The notes under the pieces: model-generated
Told to the model about the DNA's origin: nothing
Database searches by the model: none
Seen by the model: the letters and a program-made list of their open reading frames with translations, nothing else
Assembly: GCA_945788685.1 (NCBI GenBank)
Contig: CALZMZ010000003.1
Location: 1 to 58,641, forward strand
Direction of reading: 5' to 3'
Origin: Thermodesulfovibrionia bacterium
GTDB lineage: Bacteria; Nitrospirota; Thermodesulfovibrionia; UBA6902
DNA: 58,641 nt
Position numbers and translations under genes: made by a program
Shown: positions 1-9,469 of the stretch, one piece after another
Layout: the number at the start of each line of letters is the position of its first letter
Position numbering within the stretch: the stretch's first letter is position 1

Positions 1-68
1 GCTTCGCATGTACAGTACGATAAATGAGTAAACTGATTTGTTTAATAAATTCTGAAGGAGCATGAGAA

Positions 69-1316
69 ATGACACCACAATCATCAATAAAGGTTACCCT
101 GGATAAAGAGGAGCGATCACTGGTAAGTAAGGAAAAGACCAGCGAATGGGTCCCCAGTAAACAGTGGAATCCCTTTAACAGCTACAAACTTCTTGCTCAT
201 GTTGAGAGGTGGAAGAAGATCAAAAGGGGTAAACCCATTCCACCACCGGTCCTGATAACAGTTGATCCAACCAATGTCTGTAACCTGAACTGTGAGTGGT
301 GCAATGCAGAATTTGTTCGTAAGGAGAGAAAGGGAAAGCTGTCTGAAAAGATTCTGCTTGAACTTGCTGATTTCCTGCCAAAATGGGGAGAAGGCAGTAA
401 TAAATGGGAACCCGGAGTCCAGGCTGCATGCATTGCAGGAGGAGGGGAACCTCTCTTGAATCCTGCTACATCCAACTTCATAGATGCAACAATAGAAAAT
501 GGAGTAGAAGTTGGGATAGTCACTAATGGCACGTTTATAAATAAGTATATTGATTCTCTTTCCCACTGTACCTGGGTGGGAGTGTCTGTTGATGCAGGAG
601 CTTCAAGCACTTTTAATAAACTGAAAGGTCTTTCCCCCGGCGGAGATAAATTTGAAAGAATTATAGGGAATGTTTCAACACTTGTTGATTACTCAAAGAG
701 ACATAACAACAGACTTGGATACAAGCATCCTGCATATGGAGTCAGCTACAAATATTTGCTTTACAAAGATAACATTTCCGAAGTCTATGAAGCAGCAAAA
801 CTTGCGAAAGAGATTGGATGTAAGAATATTCATTTCAGACCCGCAGGTACGACCTGGGACAAAATAGGTACCGAAGGGGAAGTTGTGTTTACACAGGATG
901 AGGTTTCCGAATTTAGTGAGCAGATTGAAAAGGCCCTGCAGCTGGGGGATGACGCTTTTGGTGTATATGGAGTGACACATAAATTTAACTCTCAGTTCAA
1001 CAGGGCAAACCATTTTCATAAATGCTATGCAGTTTTTATGACAGCTGTTATCGAGCCCCCTGCTGTTGCTGATGGCTCACCTGATTCCATGGTATTGGGC
1101 GTATGCTGCGACAGAAGGGGTGATGAGAAACTTGAGCTGGCAAGAAATATTGAGAATGTCCATGACATACAGAGATTATGGGGGAGTGAAGCCCACTGGG
1201 ATATACATGACAAAGTGATTGTAGAAATGGAATGTCCAAGGTGCACGTATCAGCCTCACAACCAGATTTACGAGCAGGTAATTCTGAATGACAGCATGAC
1301 ACATAAATTTATTTGA
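69..1316 (+). CDS. radical SAM enzyme with C-terminal Cys-rich auxiliary motif
   Basis: 415-aa ORF with the CxxxCxxC motif 'VCNLNCEWCN' and glycine motif 'AGGGEPLL'. The C-terminal 'GVCCD...CPRC' resembles SPASM/twitch auxiliary-cluster cysteines. An SD-like 'gaaggag' lies 8 nt before the ATG. Confidence 0.8.
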   Translation: MTPQSSIKVTLDKEERSLVSKEKTSEWVPSKQWNPFNSYKLLAHVERWKKIKRGKPIPPPVLITVDPTNVCNLNCEWCNAEFVRKERKGKLSEKILLELADFLPKWGEGSNKWEPGVQAACIAGGGEPLLNPATSNFIDATIENGVEVGIVTNGTFINKYIDSLSHCTWVGVSVDAGASSTFNKLKGLSPGGDKFERIIGNVSTLVDYSKRHNNRLGYKHPAYGVSYKYLLYKDNISEVYEAAKLAKEIGCKNIHFRPAGTTWDKIGTEGEVVFTQDEVSEFSEQIEKALQLGDDAFGVYGVTHKFNSQFNRANHFHKCYAVFMTAVIEPPAVADGSPDSMVLGVCCDRRGDEKLELARNIENVHDIQRLWGSEAHWDIHDKVIVEMECPRCTYQPHNQIYEQVILNDSMTHKFI

Positions 1317-1338
1317 AAATACAGGGAGAGGATGGAAC

Positions 1339-2304
1339 ATGATCAGCACATTAACAGAAAAAAAATCAGGGGCTTCCTGGAAAATGAAGTCTGAGGATGC
1401 AGAAAAAATAATATCCAACATAAGAGCTGCAATTAAGAAATACTATGAGGAGAGCAGTCTGACTTATGCTGTATGTGGTATTTCAGGTGGGCTTGACAGT
1501 GCGGTTATTGCAGGATTGCTGAGTAACATAGAAGGGGTAAAACCAATTGGTGTGATCATGCCCTGTGAATCGGATATGGAAGCTGAAGAGATTGCAGGGA
1601 TTGTGCTTAAGCAATATAAAATACCCGCGATACGACTGGACCTGACAGCAGACTACCACCATCTTATGGGACATTACTATACCTCTGATGGCGTGCATGG
1701 CCAGCTGACATCGGTTCTTAATGGTTATGGTGATAAAGAGCTGATCAGGTCTTTTCCTCATTGCAAGCCGAGAGCTGCGGGCAATATAAAAGCAAGGCTG
1801 CGCATGATCACTCTGTATCACATAGCGCAGTTGACAGGCGGCATTGTTATATCCACGGATAATCTTTCCGAGCTTTGTATGGGCTTCTGGACTCTTAATG
1901 GTGATGTTGGGGACCTGTCCCCCATACAGTATGTTTTAAAGGGATTGGAAGAATATACAATTGCAAAAGCACTTGGCGTTCCAAAGGAAGCTCTTGAAGC
2001 TGTTCCGACAGATGGTCTTGATGTAATTCCGGGTGGCAGCGATGAGGACCAGCTTGGTTTACCCTATAAGGACCTTGACAGGGTCATAATCTCATTGCTT
2101 AAGAATAAGCTTGATAAAGAAACAATAGATAAGGACAGCCTGTCTTTGCTGTCAAAATCCCTGTCTGAAGAACTGGGTTATGAACAAAAGCAGGTTGCTC
2201 ATATTGCAAACCAGATGATGAGAACACATTTCAAACGTAACTGGCCCAAAGTCTTTAGTCGTTCTGACATAGGGCTTCCTGATATTGAGGAGATGGAAAT
2301 ATAA
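1339..2304 (+). CDS. nadE: NH3-dependent NAD+ synthetase (PP-loop ATPase)
   Basis: 321-aa ORF with the PP-loop 'GISGGLDSAV'. It carries the NadE-type stretch 'GNIKARLRMITLY...STDNLSELCMGFWTLNGDVGDLSPI' and 'SDEDQLGLPYKDLD'. Confidence 0.85.
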   Translation: MISTLTEKKSGASWKMKSEDAEKIISNIRAAIKKYYEESSLTYAVCGISGGLDSAVIAGLLSNIEGVKPIGVIMPCESDMEAEEIAGIVLKQYKIPAIRLDLTADYHHLMGHYYTSDGVHGQLTSVLNGYGDKELIRSFPHCKPRAAGNIKARLRMITLYHIAQLTGGIVISTDNLSELCMGFWTLNGDVGDLSPIQYVLKGLEEYTIAKALGVPKEALEAVPTDGLDVIPGGSDEDQLGLPYKDLDRVIISLLKNKLDKETIDKDSLSLLSKSLSEELGYEQKQVAHIANQMMRTHFKRNWPKVFSRSDIGLPDIEEMEI

Positions 2305-2325
2305 TATGAAATTTGGAGGTTTTTA

Positions 2326-3675
2326 ATGACAGGGATTTCTGTTATAGGCCTTGGGAAGCTTGGGGCCTGTTCAGCGGCCTGTTTTGCTGCAAAGGGCTAT
2401 GAAGTAATTGGAGTTGATACGAAAACCGATTATGTGAATGCAGTTAACAATGGCAAAGCGCCTGTGTGTGAACCAAGACTTCAGGAGATTATTGATAAAG
2501 CAGGAAACAGATTAAAGGCAACTCATAGCTATAGAGATGCTATGGAAAAATCTGATGTGACGTTTCTTATTGTCCCGACACCAAGCAAGGAAAACGGTCA
2601 CTTTTCAAACAAATACATGTTTAGTGCACTTGAGCCTCTTGCAGAGGCTTTAAAAAACAGCAGTAAGGCATATCACTTATTTGTCATTACTTCAACTGTC
2701 TCTCCCGGGAGCACCGATGAATTACTGATTCCGCTGATAGAAAGATTATCAGGAAGAAAACTGAATGAAGGGTTCGGCGTATGCTATAACCCTGAATTTA
2801 TTGCACTGGGAAGCGTAATAACTCATTTTCTCAATCCTGATATGGTTCTCATAGGTGAAAGCAATGAGTACGCTGGCAGGATTCTGGAAGACATATATCA
2901 CAAAGTGTGTGAGAACTCACCCTATATGGCGAGGATGTCTATTGTCAGTGCAGAGATTACAAAGATAAGTCTTAACTCATATATCACCATGAAAATAAGC
3001 TATGCAAATACCCTTGCAAATATATGCGAGAACATACCGGGTGCTGACATTGATGATATATCAGGAGCACTTGGAGCAGACAGGAGGATTTCGCCGTATT
3101 ACATCAGAGGAGGTCTCGGCTTTGGTGGGCCCTGTTTCCCTCGTGACAACAGGGCCTTTACCGCCTTTGCAGCAAAGAATGGAGTTGACGCCAAGCTGGC
3201 AAAAACTACTGATGAGGTAAATAAATTCCAGGTGGACCATCTAATTGATCTGGTTATGGAGAATGTAAATGGTGCCGAAGATGTTTCTGTATCGATATTG
3301 GGCGCGGCTTACAAACCTGATACCCCTGTTATTGAGGAGTCTCCTGCTATTGCCATCATCAACGAACTGCTTGAGAAAAATATAATGGTTAATGTATATG
3401 ACCCGCTTGCTGCTGAAAATGTAAGAGCCATATATGGAGATAAGGTTTACTGCTCGACTTCTGTCAGGGAATGTATTGAGAACTCATCAATATGCATTGT
3501 TGCAACCCATGCAGATGAATTTAAAGCAATCGATGAGAGTTACTTTATTAACAGTCATACAACAGTAATTGACTGCTGGAGGGTTTTAGATCCATTAAGA
3601 CTTGGAAATAAAGTGAAACATATTGCAATTGGAAAATCGTTTGATAGAGAATGTTTTTCTTTTACTAATGGTTAA
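2326..3675 (+). CDS. nucleotide-sugar dehydrogenase (UDP-glucose/GDP-mannose dehydrogenase family)
   Basis: 449-aa ORF with the N-terminal Rossmann motif 'VIGLGKLGACSAACFAAKGYEVIGVD'. The catalytic-Cys motif 'GFGGPCFPRD' is present. Confidence 0.85.
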   Translation: MTGISVIGLGKLGACSAACFAAKGYEVIGVDTKTDYVNAVNNGKAPVCEPRLQEIIDKAGNRLKATHSYRDAMEKSDVTFLIVPTPSKENGHFSNKYMFSALEPLAEALKNSSKAYHLFVITSTVSPGSTDELLIPLIERLSGRKLNEGFGVCYNPEFIALGSVITHFLNPDMVLIGESNEYAGRILEDIYHKVCENSPYMARMSIVSAEITKISLNSYITMKISYANTLANICENIPGADIDDISGALGADRRISPYYIRGGLGFGGPCFPRDNRAFTAFAAKNGVDAKLAKTTDEVNKFQVDHLIDLVMENVNGAEDVSVSILGAAYKPDTPVIEESPAIAIINELLEKNIMVNVYDPLAAENVRAIYGDKVYCSTSVRECIENSSICIVATHADEFKAIDESYFINSHTTVIDCWRVLDPLRLGNKVKHIAIGKSFDRECFSFTNG

Positions 3676-3678
3676 AGG

Positions 3679-4893
3679 ATGATTAAAGAAATAACTTTAG
3701 GAGAAGAACTGTTCGCGAAAGGAGACATGGAAGGTGCTCGTAATGCATTTGATACTGTGCTGAAGACAAATCCCGGTTGTGCAGATGCGCATAACAACCT
3801 TGGTGTTTTGTACTGGCAGATTGGTGAAATTCAGACGGCCATGGACCATTTCACAGAGGCACTGGAAATCAATCCTGACAACAGGGATGTTGTTGTGAAC
3901 TGTGCTGCTGTTCTCACTTCGCAGGGAGATATCGAGAATGCTGCTGCTCTGTACAAAATGTATCTGAAGTCACATCCTGGGGATATGGAAATACACAGAT
4001 TGCTCTCGGATGTGAAATCAAGAAACAATCAACAGGATGTTGATAACTTAAATGCGAGATCAAATGATTTAATTTCTGTTAGCAATAATCAAAGAGAAGG
4101 TATCAGTAAAAGTACGGAGCTACCCCGACTTTTTGCAGTAATCAGCTGGGGACATGCTGCTACATTCTGGTTAAGCAAAATGCTTAACGCACATCAAGAG
4201 GTGTTCTGTGTTCATGACATAAAACATCAATGGTCCCAGGTAACGAACAGTGAGAAACTAAACGATGATATTTTGTATATGAAAGTTCTGGAGAAGGCAG
4301 GTTTGGGTTGTCGTCTTTCAGGAGATTGTCACGGAGTAAACAGAGAAAGAATTGACGATATTAAGGAAGTTTACGGAGAGAGGTTCAGATCAGTTGTGAT
4401 TGTTCGTCATCCGATTCCCCGCATTTTGTCGTACCTGAGCCATGCTGAAAAGAAAGGAATAGACAATTACAATCTCGATTTTGAGCATATTGAAAATTCA
4501 CTGGATGACAGATTAAAGGGACGGTTAAATACTAAAAAACAGCTTTTTTTTGTACATGTTATGGATTGTGTAAATATAATTAAATATGAAGCGGACCTGG
4601 GCCCTTTATTTACTATGGAGCGGCTTACAAAAGACACGGGAGAGCTAAATAATCTGTTAAGGTATTTATCAAATGGTGAGCTTGAATTTAAGCCTGCCAT
4701 GCTTGAAGGAGCCTTCAGTAAACAGATAAATCCTCATCAAAAGTGCAGCGATCATCATATTTCAGTAAAAGAGATATATGAATCACTTCCTGAATGGCAA
4801 AAAAAGGCCTTTAGCTATCTTTTAAATCCAACGTCAAATCAATTATATCAGGATCTTGGTTATGATTTGTCATTCATACAGACTAATAAGTAG
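3679..4893 (+). CDS. TPR-cassette protein with sulfotransferase-like C-terminal domain (tentative)
   Basis: 404-aa ORF. The N-terminal ~100 aa are TPRs ('AHNNLGVLYWQIGE', 'ALEINPDNRDVVVNC', 'LYKMYLKSHPGD'). The C-terminal half has weak PAPS-binding-like motifs 'ISWGHAATFW' and 'VIVRHPIPRILS'. Confidence 0.5.
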   Translation: MIKEITLGEELFAKGDMEGARNAFDTVLKTNPGCADAHNNLGVLYWQIGEIQTAMDHFTEALEINPDNRDVVVNCAAVLTSQGDIENAAALYKMYLKSHPGDMEIHRLLSDVKSRNNQQDVDNLNARSNDLISVSNNQREGISKSTELPRLFAVISWGHAATFWLSKMLNAHQEVFCVHDIKHQWSQVTNSEKLNDDILYMKVLEKAGLGCRLSGDCHGVNRERIDDIKEVYGERFRSVVIVRHPIPRILSYLSHAEKKGIDNYNLDFEHIENSLDDRLKGRLNTKKQLFFVHVMDCVNIIKYEADLGPLFTMERLTKDTGELNNLLRYLSNGELEFKPAMLEGAFSKQINPHQKCSDHHISVKEIYESLPEWQKKAFSYLLNPTSNQLYQDLGYDLSFIQTNK

Positions 4894-4913
4894 ATAATGT
4901 AAAGGTTATTTAT

Positions 4914-5807
4914 ATGACACTGTTAACACCAGACCAGTTAATAGAAGAAATTCTAAAAGAAGTGCCTGAATTGAGGCAATCTCTGTCTGATAAAGAACAT
5001 ATTAAAACGACAACGTTGTTGAGAGAGTATGTTTACAATCACATTGTTTGGAGTAACGACGGCCTGCAGTTACATAACTATTGTGACGGGAATGTTTCGA
5101 ATCTCTCGGTCTCTCAAATAAATTTTTTATTTAACACACGGGAAATTGGCGTTTTATGCGGAGGAGTAGCGACATATTTATCAAAAATATATGAACTGTT
5201 TGGATATCATTCATCGATTTATAATTATGGCATTCCTGACATTTCAACTCACGTAACTACTGTTGTAACAGTACCTGTCAATGGAGTTATGGAAATTGTA
5301 GTTCATGATGCAACGTTTAACCTGAGCTATGTAATACAGAAGACCGGAGATCGCAGTTTTATTAATATAATGAACCTTTTAATTGAGGGCAGAAATAAAG
5401 ATATTGAAATCAAGAAGGGCGACGTTAAAGAAAAAATTATATATTTCAGTGACAACCTTGAGGGTATTGAAAATATAGAGCTCCATAAAAAAGAAAATAT
5501 GCTCTTTGAAGAACCGATTGCAGGTACTACCATGTTGACTAACAGACCTATCTTTTATGCCAGGGGTGATATCGATTTCCATTCAAGTTATGTGAGAAGG
5601 TATGAGTCAAATATTTTAAAGGCTGTTTCTGAAAGATTACAAAAAGATATCAATAATTGTAATGTGCTCGATTTGATGCTGTTCCCGTTAAACTTGCCAT
5701 ATTTTAAACACGAAGGACTGCAGGTATTGATAAATAATCTGGAGAATGATCTTCTGAATTGCAAGTTCATGAAAAATCAGAATGACCTCAAGATTGCGGT
5801 GGTTTAG
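4914..5807 (+). CDS. hypothetical protein
   Basis: 297-aa ORF packed inside the operon. A possible Cys/His/Asp arrangement ('GVLCGG', 'THV', 'VHDAT') hints at a transglutaminase/papain-like fold, but this is speculative. Confidence 0.5.
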   Translation: MTLLTPDQLIEEILKEVPELRQSLSDKEHIKTTTLLREYVYNHIVWSNDGLQLHNYCDGNVSNLSVSQINFLFNTREIGVLCGGVATYLSKIYELFGYHSSIYNYGIPDISTHVTTVVTVPVNGVMEIVVHDATFNLSYVIQKTGDRSFINIMNLLIEGRNKDIEIKKGDVKEKIIYFSDNLEGIENIELHKKENMLFEEPIAGTTMLTNRPIFYARGDIDFHSSYVRRYESNILKAVSERLQKDINNCNVLDLMLFPLNLPYFKHEGLQVLINNLENDLLNCKFMKNQNDLKIAVV

Positions 5808-5820
5808 ATGAATAATCCTA

Positions 5821-7314
5821 TTGAGCGGAAGGGTTGATATGATCAAGAGTTCACATATTAGTATGCGCGGACTTGCAACCATGCCCTGGATTCAATTATT
5901 TGCATCGCCTGCATGCAATTTAAAATGTGATTATTGCAGTCAGCAGAGCGTTAGACGCCACAAAGTTACACATGATTTTCTTCAGGACCCGGAACTTCTG
6001 GAATTTATTTGTCGTATACCTCCAACACATATATATCTGAGCGGGGGAGAACCTCTGATCCATCCTGGAACAAAGGAATTTATCTCTCTCGCAGGCAGAC
6101 GGGGTCACAAGATTTCAATCGATACAAACCTGATGATTTCAGGAAAGAAAATTGAGGAATTAATAAGCAGTTGGGATCCGGACTGGATTGGCATTGTCAA
6201 TGTAAGCCATCATCTGATTTGCGGTATAACCCTGGAAGACATTGAATCCCGTATCAGGCCGCTCAAAGAAGCAGACATTAAGCATTTTGTCAAATATATA
6301 GGAGTCCCGGAGCACTTTCCTTTAATTGAAAGATATATGAACGTGCTGAAAGACAGAGGGACGGGTGCTGCGGTAACGGTTATGCAGGGAAATTGGAAGG
6401 GCCGGACAATTCCGGAGGAATACTCACTTGATGAAACTATAACGTTGCTGGACCTCGTCACACTTAATACACATGGTCTCCAGCTCTTTGACGGTATACA
6501 TTCCAGGGGGATGTCATGCAGGGGTGGTCAGGATTTCATAGCATACAACATGCATGACGACAGAAAGATCATATCCTGTTGTCATGGCAGTTCATATCCG
6601 CTGAACATGAATGATATCTACTTTGAAACGGGAACCAGAAACTGCCTTGAATGCAGGATAGATCAGTGCATGGCTGATATGGTTTTTATATGTGGAATTA
6701 ATGGCATAACTGATGAGATAGAAAGGTTTGACAAACTGTGTAACGGAAATTTCAAGTTTCAGGGAGTCGAGTCAGTAATACATTTTGCAGAAGAGATAAT
6801 AGACAAGGGATATAGGCTTGTCAATAACAGTAAGTTTCTAGCTGTTCGTAAGCATGTATCAAATAGCTGCCATTCTGTTACGGCATCAGGTTTTAAGATT
6901 TCTTATGATGAAGAAATATCGCATATTCATTCTCCGAAAGAAATAAACCATACGGCTGAAGACAGAGTCAGGGACGGAAAGACAGAGGAGGCAAAATCAT
7001 TACTTCATAATCTCATAAGAAAGTATCCAGAAAACAGTACTGCCTTAAATAACCTGGGGGTTGTCTATTTGCAGGAAGGAGATATGGATAATGCAATTAA
7101 ATATTTCGAAGAGGCATTAGAATTTGACCCTGATAATGGTTATGCTCTTGTGAACTTTGCTGCTGCGATGGCATCTTGTGGAAATTTTGATACTGCCGCC
7201 GCTCTCTGCAAAAAATACCAACAGACAAATACGACTAACGACGAAGCTGCAGGTCTTCTGTCAATAATTGAAGAAATTCAAATTTTACATGCAAAGGGCA
7301 AAAACATTGCTTGA
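5821..7314 (+). CDS. radical SAM enzyme fused to C-terminal TPR cassette
   Basis: 497-aa ORF with a TTG start at 5821 and an ATG alternative at 5839. Motifs are 'CNLKCDYCS', 'LSGGEPLIHP' and auxiliary cysteines 'ISCCHG...CLEC'. The C-terminal TPRs read 'ALNNLGVVYLQEGDMDNAIKYFEEALEFDPDN'. Confidence 0.75.
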   Translation: MSGRVDMIKSSHISMRGLATMPWIQLFASPACNLKCDYCSQQSVRRHKVTHDFLQDPELLEFICRIPPTHIYLSGGEPLIHPGTKEFISLAGRRGHKISIDTNLMISGKKIEELISSWDPDWIGIVNVSHHLICGITLEDIESRIRPLKEADIKHFVKYIGVPEHFPLIERYMNVLKDRGTGAAVTVMQGNWKGRTIPEEYSLDETITLLDLVTLNTHGLQLFDGIHSRGMSCRGGQDFIAYNMHDDRKIISCCHGSSYPLNMNDIYFETGTRNCLECRIDQCMADMVFICGINGITDEIERFDKLCNGNFKFQGVESVIHFAEEIIDKGYRLVNNSKFLAVRKHVSNSCHSVTASGFKISYDEEISHIHSPKEINHTAEDRVRDGKTEEAKSLLHNLIRKYPENSTALNNLGVVYLQEGDMDNAIKYFEEALEFDPDNGYALVNFAAAMASCGNFDTAAALCKKYQQTNTTNDEAAGLLSIIEEIQILHAKGKNIA

Positions 7315-7491
7315 AAGAAAAGCAGAAATTGTGGGGCATTATAAAGCGCCAGGCAAAACCATCCTGGAGCGATGGCAGTTACTTAATGAAGGTCGGAGGC
7401 AAAGTTTTCTTAAGATTGCAGGTACTTTTGTGAAAACTCTGCATTTCGTTAACAGCAGGCCTGATATTGATATTTAGAGAGGAGAGATTTT

Positions 7492-8511
7492 ATGAAAGAA
7501 GTTAAAAAAGTTGAGGTTGAAGATATCAGGGGCTTCAAAAACTATCAAGACTGGCAGCGTTTTTATATGGATATGAACAACGGAGCTTTGATACCGGACA
7601 CTGAAATATGGTCTGACACAGAAATGGTAATGAGCATTAATTCTCTCGGATGTAAAGGAGAAGAAATGGAAAATGGTATTCCGATCGTTGCATTTTTTGG
7701 AGACAGTGCCACTTTCGGTGCAAGTTTTTCAATAGACAGCTGGCCGCGAAATCTTAATATCAGAGGATGTCAGTCCCTCAATGCTGCGGTTGAGGGGTAT
7801 GAAATGGAAAGAGTACTTAATAGATATAATGAAATTTCAGAAAAAGTTAATTTGGCCGGTGTAGTAGTTTATTCCGGTTGGCACAATATTATCTACGGTG
7901 AATCGACCGAGGACTACTGGAGATCGATGCTCGATCAATTCGAAGGCGATCATATACTGGCTTTCTGTACGCTTGCTACATGCCTGACTGAAGAATGCAA
8001 ACATAGGGGTATAGATTCTCTATTATGTTCTGACAGTCCAAGAAAGAATTATGCCAATTATTTCGAATACAACCTGGAAAGCTTGAACAAGAGGTATTTC
8101 AACTTCTGGTGCAACATGGAGCCATCGCTTGAAAATCTTCAAAAGGTTGTAGATGGCGTTCAAAGATATAATAATTTTCTCAAGGAATATTGTTCTGAAA
8201 AAGGCCATGTCCTTATCGACCTTTATTCACAGTTGATTCCTGCTACCTATGAAGATATTCCAAATGATTTTTATGATGTATGCCATCTGCGTCCGGCAGC
8301 TTATCAAAAGATTGGTAAGTATGTGGGAAGCCTGCTGGATATGCCACTGAAAGACTTTCTGAAAAACAGACAGGATAAATATTTTATAGATGTTATTAAT
8401 CCAGTATCCTGTCCCGAAAGATTTGCGTTAACAGAAACACATAATAGTAGAAGGGACAGACAGGGAAATGATAGCGAAGATTTGAGAAGGAATATTTATC
8501 CATTGTGGTAG
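7492..8511 (+). CDS. SGNH/GDSL-family hydrolase (possible glycan O-acyl esterase/transferase)
   Basis: 339-aa ORF with block I 'FFGDSATFG' and block V DxxH as 'YDVCHL'. A strong SD 'agaggagag' lies upstream. Confidence 0.6.
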   Translation: MKEVKKVEVEDIRGFKNYQDWQRFYMDMNNGALIPDTEIWSDTEMVMSINSLGCKGEEMENGIPIVAFFGDSATFGASFSIDSWPRNLNIRGCQSLNAAVEGYEMERVLNRYNEISEKVNLAGVVVYSGWHNIIYGESTEDYWRSMLDQFEGDHILAFCTLATCLTEECKHRGIDSLLCSDSPRKNYANYFEYNLESLNKRYFNFWCNMEPSLENLQKVVDGVQRYNNFLKEYCSEKGHVLIDLYSQLIPATYEDIPNDFYDVCHLRPAAYQKIGKYVGSLLDMPLKDFLKNRQDKYFIDVINPVSCPERFALTETHNSRRDRQGNDSEDLRRNIYPLW

Positions 8512-8512
8512 G

Positions 8513-9397
8513 GTGGGAAAAATGATACGTATCACTGACAGCGTTAAAGCATTTTACGAGGAGCTGCCTTTTAATTATGAGCAGAAGACTTCCGAACAAA
8601 CGGAGGCCATAAAAAAACTAAATCAGCTGGAAGCCTATCCTCCACTTGCCATATATCTGTCAAAAAACCCGGGCATAAAATTGCTCGATGCAGGATGCGG
8701 AGCAGGATGGTTCAGTAACTCGGCAGCATTCTGGTACGGTCTTGATGTCTGGGGTATTGATGTATGTAAAAAAGCTGTTGACAGGGCCAAAGATGTTGCC
8801 GGGGAACTTGAACTGGCATCCAGGGTGCGCTATATCAATTCTGATCTGTTCAAGCTTCCTGAAGTTATACAAGAAAAATTTGATGTTGTTAATTCGCTGG
8901 GTGTTCTGCATCACACAAAAGACTGTTATAAGGCATTCATGTTGGTCACTTCAATGATAAAAAGTGGCGGATACTTGAATATTGGACTGTATCACAGGTA
9001 TGGGAGACAGCCACTATTGGAGATGTTTCAACCTATTAGAGACAGTCTGTCGGAGGAGTTGAGTCCCTCTGAAAGAACAATTATTGAAGAGAAGGGATTC
9101 AATATGTGGAAGTCTCTCCATGGTAAATCTTTCAGTGAAATATTTCTCCGTTCATGGTACAGAGATCAGTGTTTACATCCTCATGAAACCCAGTGGACAT
9201 TAAAAGAAGTGCTTGAATGGTGTGATGTTTGCGGTATTAAACCTTTACAGACAAGTCTGGACCGCTTTCAGGAAAATCCGGATTTTAATGAAATTACACG
9301 AAATGAAAAAGATCAGGAAAAACGCGGATACACCAGGCTTCATGATGAAAAGAAATATTTCCCCGGGTTTTTCGTGTTATGGGGGCGAAAGCTATAG
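8513..9397 (+). CDS. class I SAM-dependent methyltransferase
   Basis: 294-aa ORF with a GTG at 8513 abutting the upstream stop and an ATG alternative at 8522. Motif I is 'LLDAGCGAGWF'; the post-II region is 'FDVVNSLGVLHH'. Confidence 0.8.
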   Translation: MGKMIRITDSVKAFYEELPFNYEQKTSEQTEAIKKLNQLEAYPPLAIYLSKNPGIKLLDAGCGAGWFSNSAAFWYGLDVWGIDVCKKAVDRAKDVAGELELASRVRYINSDLFKLPEVIQEKFDVVNSLGVLHHTKDCYKAFMLVTSMIKSGGYLNIGLYHRYGRQPLLEMFQPIRDSLSEELSPSERTIIEEKGFNMWKSLHGKSFSEIFLRSWYRDQCLHPHETQWTLKEVLEWCDVCGIKPLQTSLDRFQENPDFNEITRNEKDQEKRGYTRLHDEKKYFPGFFVLWGRKL

Positions 9398-9469
9398 AGT
9401 AATTAACCGATATGATTCCCGCTAACAGTAAACATAAATATTTGATAGTAGTAAACCCAGGAGGAACGA

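Noticed and set aside
1339-2304. NadE considered as a dedicated sugar amidotransferase of the glycan pathway, by analogy with PP-loop enzymes such as PseA/WbpG.
   Set aside because: The sequence carries the full NAD synthetase signature rather than the asparagine-synthase-like or WbpG-like pattern. A housekeeping nadE embedded in the operon is at least as likely, so this is left open and not claimed.
7268-7477. 69-aa basic ORF bridging the gap between the radical-SAM/TPR gene and the SGNH gene.
   Set aside because: It overlaps the upstream gene by 47 nt in another frame and has no clear RBS or recognisable motif. It is possibly real, but I cannot support it.
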